Notes: generated by a model not told the origin, from the letters alone. A stretch of 64,000 nt of DNA from Eledone cirrhosa (GCA_964016885.1 OZ024743.1:45508001-45572000), one strand, 5' to 3'; shown: positions 27,000 to 40,386, counted from the stretch's first letter. Numbers and translations are program-made.

Positions 27000-29345
27000 T
27001 ATACTTCTCTTAGGTCAGTGTTGTTTGTTTGGGTGTTGTTGTTGTTCCACTCATTCTTTCTGTTTAGCTTTGGTCTTCTAATTTCTATTTCACTGGCCTC
27101 TCTGATTTGCCTATCTGCTGGGTCATTCCTATGTTTAGATATTATTCTAATTTCTATGTTGTCTATGTTACCGTCATGATGTTGTCTAGCATGTTCGTAT
27201 AGTACTGACCCGTTTTTTCGTCCTTTTAGTTCCCCCCCAGTGTTGGTCTATCCTTTCACCTATGCTACGAGCTGTCTCACCTATGTATGTTGTTGTCGTG
27301 TTTCTGCAAGTACCCTCTGTACATCTTATGCTATAGACTACGTTTCTAGTTTTACAGTTTATCCGGGGGTTCACCTTACATATGATACATTTCCTATTGG
27401 TACAGTGGGTTTTCTTAAAAGGGTAGGTTTTGCTGATCAGGGATTTTATGGTGGTTCCTGGCTTTTCTACCACCTTTATTTTTAAGTGGGTCTTTCTCAG
27501 GGCCTTTCTACACTGGTTAGCTAATTTCCCTCCAGGGGTGGCGTCCACAAACATGACACTCTGATATCTCTGGTTGTCGTACCATGATGTGGCCTTCCCT
27601 ATCTTATGTCTAGCCCTATCTAAGCTATTCCATGATTTGCTCCTGTATAGTGGGCAAATTCCTTTCATGTCCAGTTCTATGAGGGTCTTATACTTTTCCA
27701 TGGCTCCTTCGTATACTCTGACTCTGTCTCTTTGGTTGTAGCCAGAGAACTGCATGCGGTTGATGAAGTGTTGGATGTGTCCTTCCATTTCTGTTGGGTC
27801 GCACATGCTGGACACATTCTTCATCACTCGTACCAAATCTGCGATCAGAATATTAAACTTAGCACTACTGGACATTGCTGAGTTTTTGAGTATCAGGTAT
27901 TTGGAGGCCATGGGTTTAGCATAGTGTGAGTGGAGAATTTGGGCTCTCTCGTCTATAGTGTTAATCCAGAGTTCTGTGTCTAATACAGGTAGTCTATTGT
28001 TAGGGTGTTTGGAAGGGAAGTCTATAGTTACAGTTATACTCTGGTGTATGGAATTAGCTATCTGCTGGATGCTTTCCATCGTGCTACGTTCTAAATCAAA
28101 CTTGTTAGTGCTCTCTAGTGGGGGTGTTCTTATAACTATATTGATATCGTCTACATAACGAGAGTACATGATGAGGTCTATGGAGCTTTCATTAAGGAGA
28201 TCTTTAAGTCTCCTTTCCCACCATACCATGAAAAGGTTGGCAACATCGCCAGCTATGCTGACGCCGATGGCTGCTCCCTCATTTTGGGTGTAGATTTTCT
28301 CATTGAACTTAAATATGTGGCCCTTTAGGGTAGTTTTGATACTAGCCCCTATTGCATGTGCGACCATTTTTCTTACCTGATCAGTGTTTTGGGGGGTCCG
28401 TATAGCTTTGGTCCACCCAATCCACCTTCCTATGGGAGTCTTTTTAGCCATTGAGGTTATGGTGGGGGGTCTACCTCTTATAGGTCTACTAGGGCAGAAA
28501 CATCTAAGGTCATGGCTGTCTAGGTAGTCAGTGTCGTAGGTAAGTCTAAGTAGGAGGCCCAGTTCGTCTGTGTCGACGTCGCAGAACTCCACCTCACTCT
28601 CAATGATCATCTCCACACATCTTTTCACAGCAAAATCAATGTTAATGGATGGGTACAGTGACACCACATCCATGCTGCCTATTATGCAGTTGGATAGGCT
28701 CCTGTTTTTGTTGCACTCACTGATTCTGCTGAGAAGGTCCTCTGTACTTTCACATACATCTGGGGACATCTTGATTATGGGGCGTATAACCATTGAGAGG
28801 AAGTAGGAGATCCTGTAGTTGCTAGCTATATTAGCTCCGCATACAGGTCTTGTTGGTGGTCCTGTTGTCGGGTCGTCGACTGTCTTGTGGTCTTTGCGGA
28901 GCCCATACAAGGGTGGTATGCCATTGTTAGACGCCTGGAAGTTGTTGGCAGTGCGTCTGCTTGGCTTTAGGATGTCAGTCCACATCATCATGTGAGCGTT
29001 GAGGATTTTTTCTCTCCCATCGTGTGTTAGTTGTGCAACTTCGCTCGTGTTGGTGATGTGGGGTTGCATTGCCTCGATGTAGTTCGGCATGCTATCTATT
29101 GACATCCTACCAGACTTATCTGTGGGTAGACACACTACCTCACCATCCCTTGTGCGCTGCTTGAGGCTAACCAAGCCTTCTACAGGTTTTATCCCAAGTT
29201 GTTGGGCCTCTGGTCTGCTCTGTCTCATAGTGTACCTGTCTACTACTTGTCTAATCTTATTTCTAGCTATGGTGAACTGTGCCTCCGTCTCGTCATCTAT
29301 TTGTTGTGGTATGCAAACTCTTTTATTAAAGGGTAACCTCGTAGG
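27000..29345 (-). pseudogene. PLE RT-endonuclease ORF, open over ~2.1 kb, frameshifted in the GIY-YIG C-terminus
   Basis: ORF 27186-29228 plus upstream open frame; distal frame continues ..RQIREASEI..PKLNRKNEW. Confidence 0.8.
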
Positions 29346-29348
29346 ATA

Positions 29349-29349
29349 G

Positions 29350-29389
<40 letters not shown>

Positions 29390-29503
29390 TATATATATGT
29401 TATATACATATATTATATATATATAATATACATATATATGTATATATACATATATATATATGTATATTATATATATATAATATATGTATATAACATATAT
29501 ATA

Positions 29504-29562
<59 letters not shown>

Positions 29563-29577
29563 CACACACACATATAT

Positions 29578-29671
<94 letters not shown>
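29349..29671. repeat. Degenerate (TA)n/(CA)n microsatellite block
   Basis: Direct observation. Confidence 0.95.
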
Positions 29672-29673
<2 letters not shown>

Positions 29674-30278
29674 TGGCTGCCAACTCGTTTTCGAGTACGG
29701 CCACTACTTTATATCCATGTAGGAGAACCCCTACCGATGCGCTGAACGAATGTGACTTTTTATTCCAGCCAGCGACTTGAAAACTCTGGTACAAAGACTA
29801 CACTTGTGACCATTATTGACACATAGTGCAGGGCCCATGGTACCATGTGATGACAAGTGCAGAGAGATCTCCAGATATAAAGCAATGCCTGTGCTGTGAA
29901 GCTTTTATAGTGAGCAAAGGCACTGCACAAAGCCAGTCTCACTCTCTTAACCAAGATGATATTTACCAAAAAGAAGAACAAGTCAACATCATTGGATACC
30001 ATCAGGGTTGCAGGTGTTATATCAGAGTTTTCCTTCTCCTAGAATTCTGCCTTGACAAAGGCTAAGGGGTCATCTCTCCCGGTGATTTTGGATGGCTATT
30101 GAGTCTTAAGAGCTCCCTTGCCCTTTGACAGGTTTGCTTTTAGTCCTGCAGGATGTCCAAAGTCACCCTCCTCACCAAGAAACCTTGGTGGGGTTGCCAG
30201 TTTAGTTGCCAACGACCCAACCATGAGACAGGTTGTACTGGGATACATGTTACCAGTAGCACCAACTGGTGACCTGAC
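29672..30278 (-). mobile_element. Probable LINE (RTE-like) 5' UTR fragment
   Basis: GC-richer island between (TA)n blocks; RC motif ctaggagaaggaaaactctg resembles RTE-type 5' UTRs (from memory). Confidence 0.35.
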
Positions 30279-30307
30279 ATAATATATATATATATACACG
30301 TATATAT

Positions 30308-30350
<43 letters not shown>

Positions 30351-30612
30351 CATATATAAATATATATGTGTGTTTCTGGAGGAATGTGATGTGTTCTTTT
30401 CTTGGTCTGTTTGATTTGTAACATTTGCTTTTAAGTAAAGTAAAAGGTATAACTATGTATGTCAATGTGATGATATTTTTTTACATCTCGATACTGTCAT
30501 GTTTTTAATTTATTTTGCAGAATTACTTGTCATTCTACAAGCTGCTAGCAGCAAAAACGCATCGGTTTATTACATACGCACATACACAAGCACAAATACA
30601 AGCACACACGCG

Positions 30613-30689
<77 letters not shown>

Positions 30690-31475
30690 CTGTGTGTGTG
30701 TGCGTGTGTTAGTGCATGCATGAGTGTGTGTGTGTGTGCGTGTGTGTGGAATGTGTGTCTGTGTGCATGTATAAATATATATGTATATATATATATTTAT
30801 ATATATATATATATACATATATATTTATATATATATATATATATATATACTTATGTATACATATATATATATATATGCATATATGTCGCCATATATGTGT
30901 GTGTGTGTGCGCGTGTGTGCATGTGTGTGCGTGTCAGTGCATGTGTAAGTGCGTGTATGTGTGCGTGTGTGCGCGCGCGTGTGTGTACTTAATTTGTCGA
31001 AGAGTAGTGTTTGGTTGTAATTACAACGAAAGTAAAGTAAATAGGTTTAAGCCATTAAGAAAATATAGGTTACTGCTTGACTCATATGATTTACATTCGC
31101 GTGAACACTATTTCTCAAGACGTTGAAAACTTACTTATGCAATAAGAAGCAATCTGATATATAAATCATATATATAATCTAGATATAATTCAGAGCGTCC
31201 ATCACTACCGATTGCACCGCCCAGAATTGGAAAGGAAAGATCCATGCACAATCGCATTCGTCATATTAGACAACATCAAATATTAGCACTCAAATGAAAG
31301 TGAATCTTGGCAGATGACTACAGAGATGGTTAGAAAAATTGGACATTTTCCACAAACGTTGATTACAGAAAAATCTTCAAGGTTTTCAGCAAAGACAAAG
31401 ACAGAAATAAAAAGAATTCATTCATGAAGCAAGGATCCACAACTGTAAAACATCGCGGTGCTACATCAGTTTCGC

Positions 31476-31637
31476 CTGCCGGGTTAAATTCTACCGGATC
31501 AAATTCTGCCGGTTCAAATTCTGCAGGTTTAAATTCTGCCAGGTTAAATTCTACCGGATTAAATTCTGCCGAGTCAAATTCTGCCGAGTTAAATTGTGCC
31601 GGGTTAAATTGTGCCGGGTTAAATTGTGTCGGGTCAA
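31476..31637. repeat. 15-bp minisatellite (aaattctgccgggtt), about 10 units
   Basis: Direct observation; produces the spurious GLNSA/AEFNP ORFs. Confidence 0.85.
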
Positions 31638-31874
31638 AGGAATGCAATGCTATGTGTATCAGAGAAAGGAAAACGGAGGAGGGTGGCCAAAGATTACCTG
31701 GTGCTGAACATTCTAGAACGACCTGGTATTTGTTGAACAGGTGCAAAGAGACTCGTAGCAGATCAACTGGGAGCTTGCTGCTTTTTGAGCCGCATGACGT
31801 GGGAATAGCTATGACTAAGACTAAGATTCATATAATTTGGTTCTTGAATAATTTCAAGACCTGGTATATATATG

Positions 31875-32250
31875 TATACGCACATACACAAGCATACGCA
31901 AAACCTTACCATAGGTATACAAACCCACGCACATATAAATATGTGTGTGTCTGCGTGTATACAAATAAATAAATAATTATATAAACGTATATAAATAAAT
32001 AAATAAATACGTATATAACAAGCACACACACATACCTACATATAAATACACGAATGTTCGGAGACATAAGTCAACTAAAGTGTATTTATATGTAGGTATG
32101 TGTGTGTGTTTGTTATATACGTATTTATTTATTTATATACGTTTATATAATTATTTATTTATTTGTATACACGCAGACACACACATATTTATATGTGCGT
32201 GGGTTTGTATACCTATGGTAAGGTTTTGCGTATGCTTGTGTATGTGCGTA
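31875..32250. repeat. Inverted repeat, ~175-bp arms, 28-bp spacer
   Basis: 31875-32051 is the reverse complement of 32080-32250. Confidence 0.85.
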
Positions 32251-32702
32251 TGTGTTTGCGTGTATGTATTTATTTATTTCTATTACTTCTGTATTGTATT
32301 TATTTACTTTGTTCTTAACTCTGTAGCGGAGATTCATCTGGTCTCCTAGTTAGAATTTTAGTCTACGACTTCTGCTATACCATTTACGTGGTTTTGTCTT
32401 TGCGTGCTATTGTTCTCCACGCTCCACATATGACGTATTATCTTCGTTTTTTCGTTCATTGCCAGAGAACGTCTCTATGCACCACCTAAGAGAACATTAG
32501 TCTACGACTTTTTTTATACCATAAACGTGGTTCTGTCTTTGCGCGTAATTGTTTTTCACCGCTCCTATTAATGACGTATTATTCGTTTTTTCCCGTTCTT
32601 TGCCAGCGAACGTTACCACGAACCTAAGTATCATCTTCCTGTCTTCCTCCGGTTGCAACGTTTTTTGAAATATCCAGTTCTGCGTTTACAGATTGACTTT
32701 GT

Positions 32703-32755
32703 AAGTTTCAGAAGATCCCGTTAAGGGTGAAAGCAGCGATTCTTTGCTTAAACTT
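32703..32755 (+). ncRNA. Hammerhead-like fold with CAGAAGA (U4A) core
   Basis: aagttt CAGAAGA t ccc gttaa ggg t GAAA gcag cgattct ttgc TT aaactt; second copy at 37747-37797. Confidence 0.55.
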
Positions 32756-33056
32756 TAATCTGTTATTTTAATAAATATTTGCTCTACGGTTCTTATATAT
32801 TTGATATATATTTATCCTTATCGAGCCCTCTTTGGATTTAGTCTTCAAATTTATTATTATTACGAAGGCATGGTATAAATTTATACCCTGCTTTCGGATC
32901 TTTATTTTGATACAAATACTCCGTTTTACATCATCTAGCTGTTCCCATAAATGGAATTGGAGATATACAAAAGCGTGGAGAACTTAATATTGCTAACAAA
33001 AATGTTATTGGACCGTTTGAAACAACCAATAATACACCTTACTATATATATATATT

Positions 33057-33687
33057 TCTAGAGCGGGTAAAATTCCCGAGATCCATGGACGAGTTCTCCC
33101 CAGCGGTATCTGTCTCTCATTATCGCTGCCATGTCCTGCGTCTCCAACAGACCAGTGTCTGTCCTTAGGGCATCAACATACGGTAACCTTGGTCTTCCTC
33201 TTTCAATGTGTCCATGTAGGGGCTCCCACGAGAGCACTGAGTGCAATGTCAACTCTGGATGTCGGTGAGCATGTGCAGCTAACCTCAGTCTCCTCTGTGT
33301 CACTTTTGAGCTGACTTTTGGGAGGCTCCCATACAGCTCTGAGTTTTTCATCCTTAGTGTATACTGATTAATGTTCAGAGCCATCCTCACCATTCTCGTG
33401 TAGCACCATCCACCATCTGAGTGAGTTTCTTGGTCAGTGTCCAAGTCCCAGAACCGTACAGCAGCACAGACTCCACTACAGCAATGAAGAAGCAGATTTT
33501 CAGGTCTTTACGAAGGTCCGACTTCCACACCGATCTCAAGCTGTGGCACGCCGCCGAGGCTTTGCTCTTCCTCTCAACCACATCATCTTCCGTATTCCCA
33601 ATCTTTTCTCCCAAATACAGGAAGTCCTCAACCAATTTCTAGCGGCTTCCCGCCTACATTAGTGATCCCTTCTGGCTTCTCAACATT
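33057..33687 (-). mobile_element. RTE-like LINE 3' fragment
   Basis: VEDFLYLG..ESVLLYGS.TW..RRLRLAAH..RGRP; homologous to 62325-62960. Confidence 0.85.
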
Positions 33688-36600
33688 ATATAATGTACCA
33701 GCCGATAAAACTGGAAACTTATACAATTTGGAGTACAAAACTTACAAAAAATGCATTACAAATGAAATCGCTAAAATATACAAAACATCAACACGGAAAA
33801 ACATAGCACACATAAACAAACAGGCGAAAACAATAATGACGGAACTGAGCATTGACGACAAGACTCATCCCTACAACCCTAGAACACCGAGACTATCTAT
33901 TAAAGACCATAAACCGGACTTCCAGTCAAAACTACCGGTCAGGCTCATAGCCCTCTCTAAATCGGACCTAGGTAGACTTAGCAAATCAATCATTGACCGG
34001 ATTATACCTGAACTTAGAAATAGAACTAAACTCAGCCTCTGGTCTTGTACAAAGGAGGTAATCGACTGGTTTTTTTGGCATTGAAACTAAGTCGAATGTT
34101 CGATTAGTCCAATTGGACATTACGAACTACTACGCATCTATATCCCCAATCATCCTTAACAAAGCACTGATCTGAGCCATGAACAGATCAAGCCTCACTA
34201 GAAAGGAAGTGAACACCATACTAGCAGCTAGGAAAACTTTACTAGAATTTGACAGTAGATTGTGGGAGCGACAGAATAGACCAGACAGCTTCGACCTTAC
34301 CATGGGATCGACTGACTCCGCACAGGTTACAGATATAGTAGGCATATATCTGCTAAATATATTAACAGACGAGATCCCTCCTTGGGCGGTGGCTTATACC
34401 GTGACGATGCCCTACTAATGACCCGTGGACTCAATAATAGCCAATTAGATAGACTACACAAACGACTTAGGTATATCTTTAAGACCCAAGGATTAGTGGT
34501 AGAAATTGAACCTAACAGTAGGACAGTAAACCTTTTAGATGTCACCCTAGAATTATACTCAGGTCTCTACCGTCCATACCACAAACCTAATGAAAATCTT
34601 AAATACGTCAACAGACACTCCAACCACCCTAGGAGCATAATTAACTCAATAGTTAAAAGCGTTTCCAATAGAGTGTCCACCCTGTCGGCTAATAGAAATA
34701 TCTTCAACCAGCACGCGGAATACTACAACTCCGCACTTGAAAACGTTGTTTACATTGAGAAGATTTCTTACAACGACCCAAATAGAACCGTAACGCCGCC
34801 AAACATAACCGGCCCCTTAGAAACGAACATAGATGAGGTCACCACACCTAGAACAAATAATAACCTAAGATCCTCTGTAGCCGGCAGGGCAGCCAGCGTC
34901 ACACACAACTGTCAAGGAGATAAAGCCATACTCTCCAACCCCAATAAGGACTCCGACTATCGCACACGTTTACGTAGTAATAGAGACAAAAGTCATAACG
35001 CCAATAGATAACTAGGAACCCCTATGACACATACGCCTGACCAAAACGCACCCAAACTACCACCTAACCACAAAAGCCTCACTAAACACCGCAGAGCCCA
35101 AAGTAGACTTGTCACATGGTACAACGCCCCGTATTCCATACATGTTACTACCAATATACCGGGAACCTTCTTCAGGGCTCTTGAACAATCTTTTCCACAC
35201 ACACATAAATACCACAAGCTCTTCAATAGACACACTGTAAAATTCTCTTTCTCCACAGCACCGAATCTAGGCCACACAATAGCACACACTAATAGGACAA
35301 AAATACGAAAACACATGGTTGCCCCGCAACAAACCACTACCACAACCCAGAACGAAACCACATACACAACACAACACAACAACCCACATGCCAGCCCACA
35401 CAGCATGCCACCAACGGCAACGTGCCTCCACACCGGTAACACCCAACTGCAACTGCAAAAAACGGGCTGAATGCCCACTAAACGGGGAGTGCCTCGTTAA
35501 AAACATTGTTTACCGGTGTGATGTCACAGCCGGCAATAAAGAGTACTCATATATAGGTGCGACCTCCACTACGTTTAAAGGGCGCTGGTATAACCATAGA
35601 AGCTCCTTTAAACATAGGCTGAAACGATCCCAAACCAGACTGGCCGATTTGATCTAGGACCTCAAGGACAGGAACATCGAATCCCAGATCACGTGGTCAG
35701 TCAAAAGACGCGTGGCGCAACTCACCAGTGACAGAAACCACAGCAGGTTATGCCTGGCCGAGGCGGCAGAAATAATTAAATTAAATTCTGCCATAAACTA
35801 TAGGTCAGACATAATTGTCAATTGCAGACACACCAGGCTGAGCACATTTTCTGCACAAACATTCGGCGGAGAGCCGCAGACTAACCATGACCCAGCATAA
35901 TAATAACCACCTCTGCCTCGTCTCACCATCCCTCATCTCAGTGAATTTATTTTATTGTATTGCATGTAACCATTTATAAGCCCGTATTTTGTATATCATC
36001 CTCATACATCACCCCCACCAAAAATCACATCGCCATACACCCCTCATCTTTGCAACATTGTGTTCTATCTGTCCTCTCTGTCAGGTTTTACCTTGCAATC
36101 CATAGTAACATCTGATCATATCACCCCATCGCCACCACCACCACCACCACCGCACACATCGTTATATGTCTACCATCCCACACCCGCAACCTTATTCCCC
36201 CATGTTCCCTCTGTCTGCCCTAACCTACAACCCTACGCAAAATTCGATCCTGTAAATGTACCGTCGCACACACCACCACTAGATACATCCACATACTTCA
36301 ACAATCATTAACATCATTAACATCATCAACACATATCATCCCTCACTCCCAGAACGACTGTGTTATATCTGCCCTCTCCGTCTGCTTTACGCTGTAACCC
36401 ACCGTAACATCTGATCATGTAATCATATTGTTGAACATATGACCCCATCACCACCATCACCACCATGACCACAACACACATCGCTATACGTCCACAAACT
36501 TTTCCCCCCGTGTTCCCTATGTCACCTTTTCACCTGTAACCCATCGGATTATTCGATCCTGTATATTTTTGTCGCTCAGAACTCTACCACCGCCACCACA

Positions 36601-36720
36601 AGGCACAATTCCATACCTCAACAATCATTAACTTCATTAACATCGCCAACACATACCTTCCCTGTCGAACCAACGCAAGTATGTGTGTGTCTTTGTGTAA
36701 GTATATTTATATATATGTAC

Positions 36721-36788
<68 letters not shown>

Positions 36789-37575
36789 AACACCATCTCC
36801 ATTGGCTCTCACCCTCCCTCTATCTTTGTACTACGCCACCCCCACCGATACCCCCCTCTTTCTATATATCCACACGCGCGCATGCATATATATGTGTATG
36901 CATATAAATATATGTATTCGTGGATCTATGTGGGCGTGTGTATGTGTGTGTATATAAGTGTGTATGTATATATGTCAGTATATATGCCCATGTATATGTA
37001 TACAACGTATTTGCCAGACTAAGAGTGTCTAGGTATGTATCTCCCCATGGACTTGACATCATCAACACATCCACTACTCCACCACAGACACCATTACCAT
37101 AAACAACAACACCAACCACAAATATACGCCAACCTGTCTACCGACAATCCACTACCCCCACACCACAGCGCATCCCAGTCAGCGACCGTCACTACCATCT
37201 TATCATTACATCGACTCCCACGTACACTACAGGCAAAAGTCAATCCGCCACCCCCACATCACAGCCCATCGCAGCCAACGACCGTCACCAACATCTTATC
37301 ATCACATCCACCCCCACATTCACTACAGGCGAATACATCACTATGATCTTTTCCACCAATCAAAACAACTCATATTGTCCAACTTATGAACTTCTGACTT
37401 TATCACATAGCATGTATTCATTTACTTATAGCATTTTAAAGGGTCCGTCGAGCTGCCGATTATTGAGTCGGGTAAGATCGATACAGATCCAACATTGAGC
37501 TGATCAGTGGCGAAACGCGCGTCACCTACCAATAAATGTAATGAAGGAGTAACCCATCGTCCTTGTTATCCTTTC
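33685..37575 (+). mobile_element. Hydra-type Penelope-like element, near-complete RT + GIY-YIG, degenerate, long repetitive 3' UTR
   Basis: PADKTGN, IKDHKPDF..VRLI..SKSDLG, LDITNYYASI, FDLTMGSTDSA, GGLYRDD, PYHKPN..SNHP, CNCKKRAECPLNGECL..NIVY..YIGATSTTFK, NCRH. Confidence 0.88.
37441..37527 (+). ncRNA. Degenerate or variant hammerhead at the PLE 3' end
   Basis: gggt CCGTCGA gctgccgatta...tgatcagtggc GAAAC gcgc GTC acct, then AATAAA. Confidence 0.45.
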
Positions 37576-37576
37576 A

Positions 37577-37626
<50 letters not shown>

Positions 37627-37722
37627 ACGCTCATACCCATACATAAACACACACACTAAGGGTAAAAAACATGCGCACACCAAAAAACACAGAATATTGT
37701 GCGTTCTCGATTATATATATAT

Positions 37723-37904
37723 CTGCGTTTACAGATTGACTTTGTTAGTTTCAGAAGATCCCGTTAAGGGTGAAAGCAGCGATTCTTTGCTTAAACTTTA
37801 ATCTGTTATTTTAATAAATATTTGCTCTACGGTTTTTATATATTTGATATATATTTATCCTTATTGAGCCCTCTTTGGATTTTAGTCTTCAAATTTATTA
37901 TTAT

Positions 37905-37905
<1 letters not shown>
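37723..37905 (+). repeat. Dispersed pLTR-like end containing the U4A hammerhead (37747-37797)
   Basis: Copy of 32680-32862; partial copies at ~40973-41070 (-) and ~55715-55855 (+). Confidence 0.75.
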
Positions 37906-37962
<57 letters not shown>

Positions 37963-38007
37963 GGGGGGGCGAAGTAGTTTCAGATGTTAAAGTCCTTTAA
38001 TGATAAT

Positions 38008-38082
38008 GCTGTGATACATATTTCAATGACGACAGTGGCCACACGGTTCGGTGTACCCAGTGCCGTGACATCATCAGACAGC
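38008..38082 (-). ncRNA. Hammerhead ribozyme (inverted copy)
   Basis: Mirror of 39355-39429. Confidence 0.6.
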
Positions 38083-39354
38083 TTCTTACATAATAAGGTT
38101 ATATTTCCGAGGTAATCCAAATTGAATCGACAGGGCAACGGACAAAGCGTGTGTTCTTGAATCCTTCGCCCGTTCCCTTGTGAGTCCCAATTTCACCCCA
38201 TCGGTCTGCGCAGGCGCAAGTCCGAAGTAAGTTGACCATCAACTACCGAAAGTTCTACGAAACTCGCCTAGGCAGGTCCCCCTCTCAACCAAACAATCAC
38301 CCCCATCCACTACCATGGGGATTGATTACACACACTGGAAATCCCTGCTACTGGATGGACATAAAATTATAAACTTTCGACAGGATAAATACGCGGAACT
38401 AAAAACAACGATAAACCCCTTATTTTCCTGCAGCAAATTGCATTTGCACAGAGGCCTTGAACGGAAGCCGCCTCACTTCATCAGATAACGAATTTTTATA
38501 TGCACTTTACATGGACAAAATTGACAATCATTTTAATCCTTTTAACCACTTATACCCTCATTTCCATAGTTTACCTTCCTCGTATATGTTTCTCATATAT
38601 ATCTCCTATCTCATTTTGCATCTGTATATTTTTTGTATTTTTTGTATTTTATATTTTGTATTTTTTGTTTGATTCATGTGATATAAATATTAACTATGTA
38701 TTTGCCTAATTACTACGTTTCATACTGTAATTTACCCTCCGTTCTACTGTACAGTACTATCGTTCAATATATGGATAATATATCTGTAATATTGATCCCC
38801 CTTTCAAAACTTCTTACTATAATTTAAACATCTCCCTATTTATTAGTTATTATATGTACATATTTTTTTACTTACTTCAATCAAGATTTTAACTTGTAAT
38901 TTTTTTAATTTCTAATTTTCAATCATAATTTCTCCTGTGAAACCATAATACCTAGAAATAAGTATATATACTCTTAGCGGGTGATGGTCAATTCTATTGT
39001 CCATGCATAATTTAGTGGTAGTATTGAGACCTATTGAAACTCATACTCTCCCACCCCACTAGGTTTCGGCCAACTGCCACTGGCAGGGGGACTAGCAGTA
39101 AACTATAACCGTGTCATATTACAGACCCGGATGGGGTGATTGTTTGGTTGAGAGGGGGACCTGCCTAGGCAGGTTTCGTAGAAATTTGGGGTAGTTGATG
39201 GTCAACTTCCTTCGGACTTGCGCCTGCGCAGACCGGCGGGGGTGAATTGAGACTCACAAGGGAACAGGTGAAGGATTCAAGAACAAACGCTTTCTCCGTT
39301 CCCTTGTCGATTCAATTTGGATTGCCTCGGAAACATAACCTTATTATGTAAGAA

Positions 39355-39429
39355 GCTGTCTGATGATGTCACGGCACTGGGGACACCGAACCGTGAGGCC
39401 ACTGTCGTCATCGAAATATGTATCACAGC
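39355..39429 (+). ncRNA. Type-I hammerhead ribozyme
   Basis: gctgt CTGATGA tgtcacggca...tgtcgtcatc GAAA tatgta TC acagc. Confidence 0.65.
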
Positions 39430-39644
39430 ATTATCATTAAAGAACTTTAACATCTGAAACTACTTCGCTTTTTTCTTATTCGATATATACTCCGTCGCTC
39501 CTATGTGGAAAAAGTACGTTGAGTCCTTGAATTGAATTGCATCAATATTTACCTTAAGTATATATATATATAGATCAATATTACAGATATATTATCCATA
39601 TATTGAACGATAGTACTGTACAGTAGAACGGAGGGTAAATTACA

Positions 39645-39729
<85 letters not shown>

Positions 39730-39732
<3 letters not shown>

Positions 39733-40386
39733 TGGCGCTCTGAAATAGCTATATATATATGAATGTATATATAGTGTATTTTGCAATACACTGTATGCTT
39801 AATTAAAAGCATTTCGAAGACATTATGCTATTGTTTTAGGGTAGTGACAGTCTCACTTACTTTAAATTTTCAGCAAACAGGGGGAGATAAAGCTGACAGA
39901 GCTATGTTTCTTAAACATAGTTCTGTCAGCTTTATCTCCCCCTGTTTGCTGAAAATTAAAAGTAAGTGAGACTGTCACTACTCTAAAACAATAGCATAAA
40001 GTCCTCGAAATGCTTTTAATTAAGAATACAGTGTATTGCAAAATCCACTATATATACATTCATATATATATATATATAGCTATTTCAGAGCGCCAATTCT
40101 AATTTTCAATTTCTGCTTGACCGGCAACCGCTCTGTATAATCAGTTCCTGATTATTACTAGAAATTCTATAAGAATCAAACATTCATGATTTTCAGCAAA
40201 CAGGTGGGGTACTTGGCTTTGATAAGTACCAATCAGTCCGAAACATGGCTCTGTCAGCTTTATCTCCCCCTGGTTGCTGAAAATGTGAAGTAAGTGAGAC
40301 TGTCACTGCTCTAAAACAATAGCATAAGGTCTTCGAAATGCTTTTAATTAAGAATACAGTGTATTGCAAAATACACTATATATACA

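Larger units (their letters stand above)
26435..29347 (-). mobile_element. 5'-truncated Naiad-type Penelope-like element (RT + GIY-YIG + 3' UTR/tail)
   Basis: TDKSGR, LYGLRKDHK..RPV, SMDVVSLYPSI, long insertion before GAAIGVSIAGDVANLFM, YVDD, LPVLD, CxxC..NVVY..YIGETARS; one frameshift ~27235; Naiad assignment inferred from the motif 3-4 insertion. Confidence 0.85.
37970..39560 (+). mobile_element. Apparently non-coding PLE-like insertion with ~340-bp inverted pLTRs
   Basis: 37970-38307 is the reverse complement of 39128-39467; each arm carries an HHR. Confidence 0.7.

Noticed and set aside
26435-29347. Selenoprotein-type Naiad (in-frame UGA plus SECIS)
   Set aside because: Cys positions are ordinary codons, there is no in-frame TGA in the long ORF, and no convincing SECIS was seen
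30120-30278. HDV-like ribozyme at the putative RTE 5' end
   Set aside because: Could not assemble a consistent P1/P1.1/P2/P3 nested pseudoknot by eye
31363-31972. 182-aa and 127-aa pentapeptide-repeat ORFs
   Set aside because: Explained by the 15-bp minisatellite; no supporting gene structure
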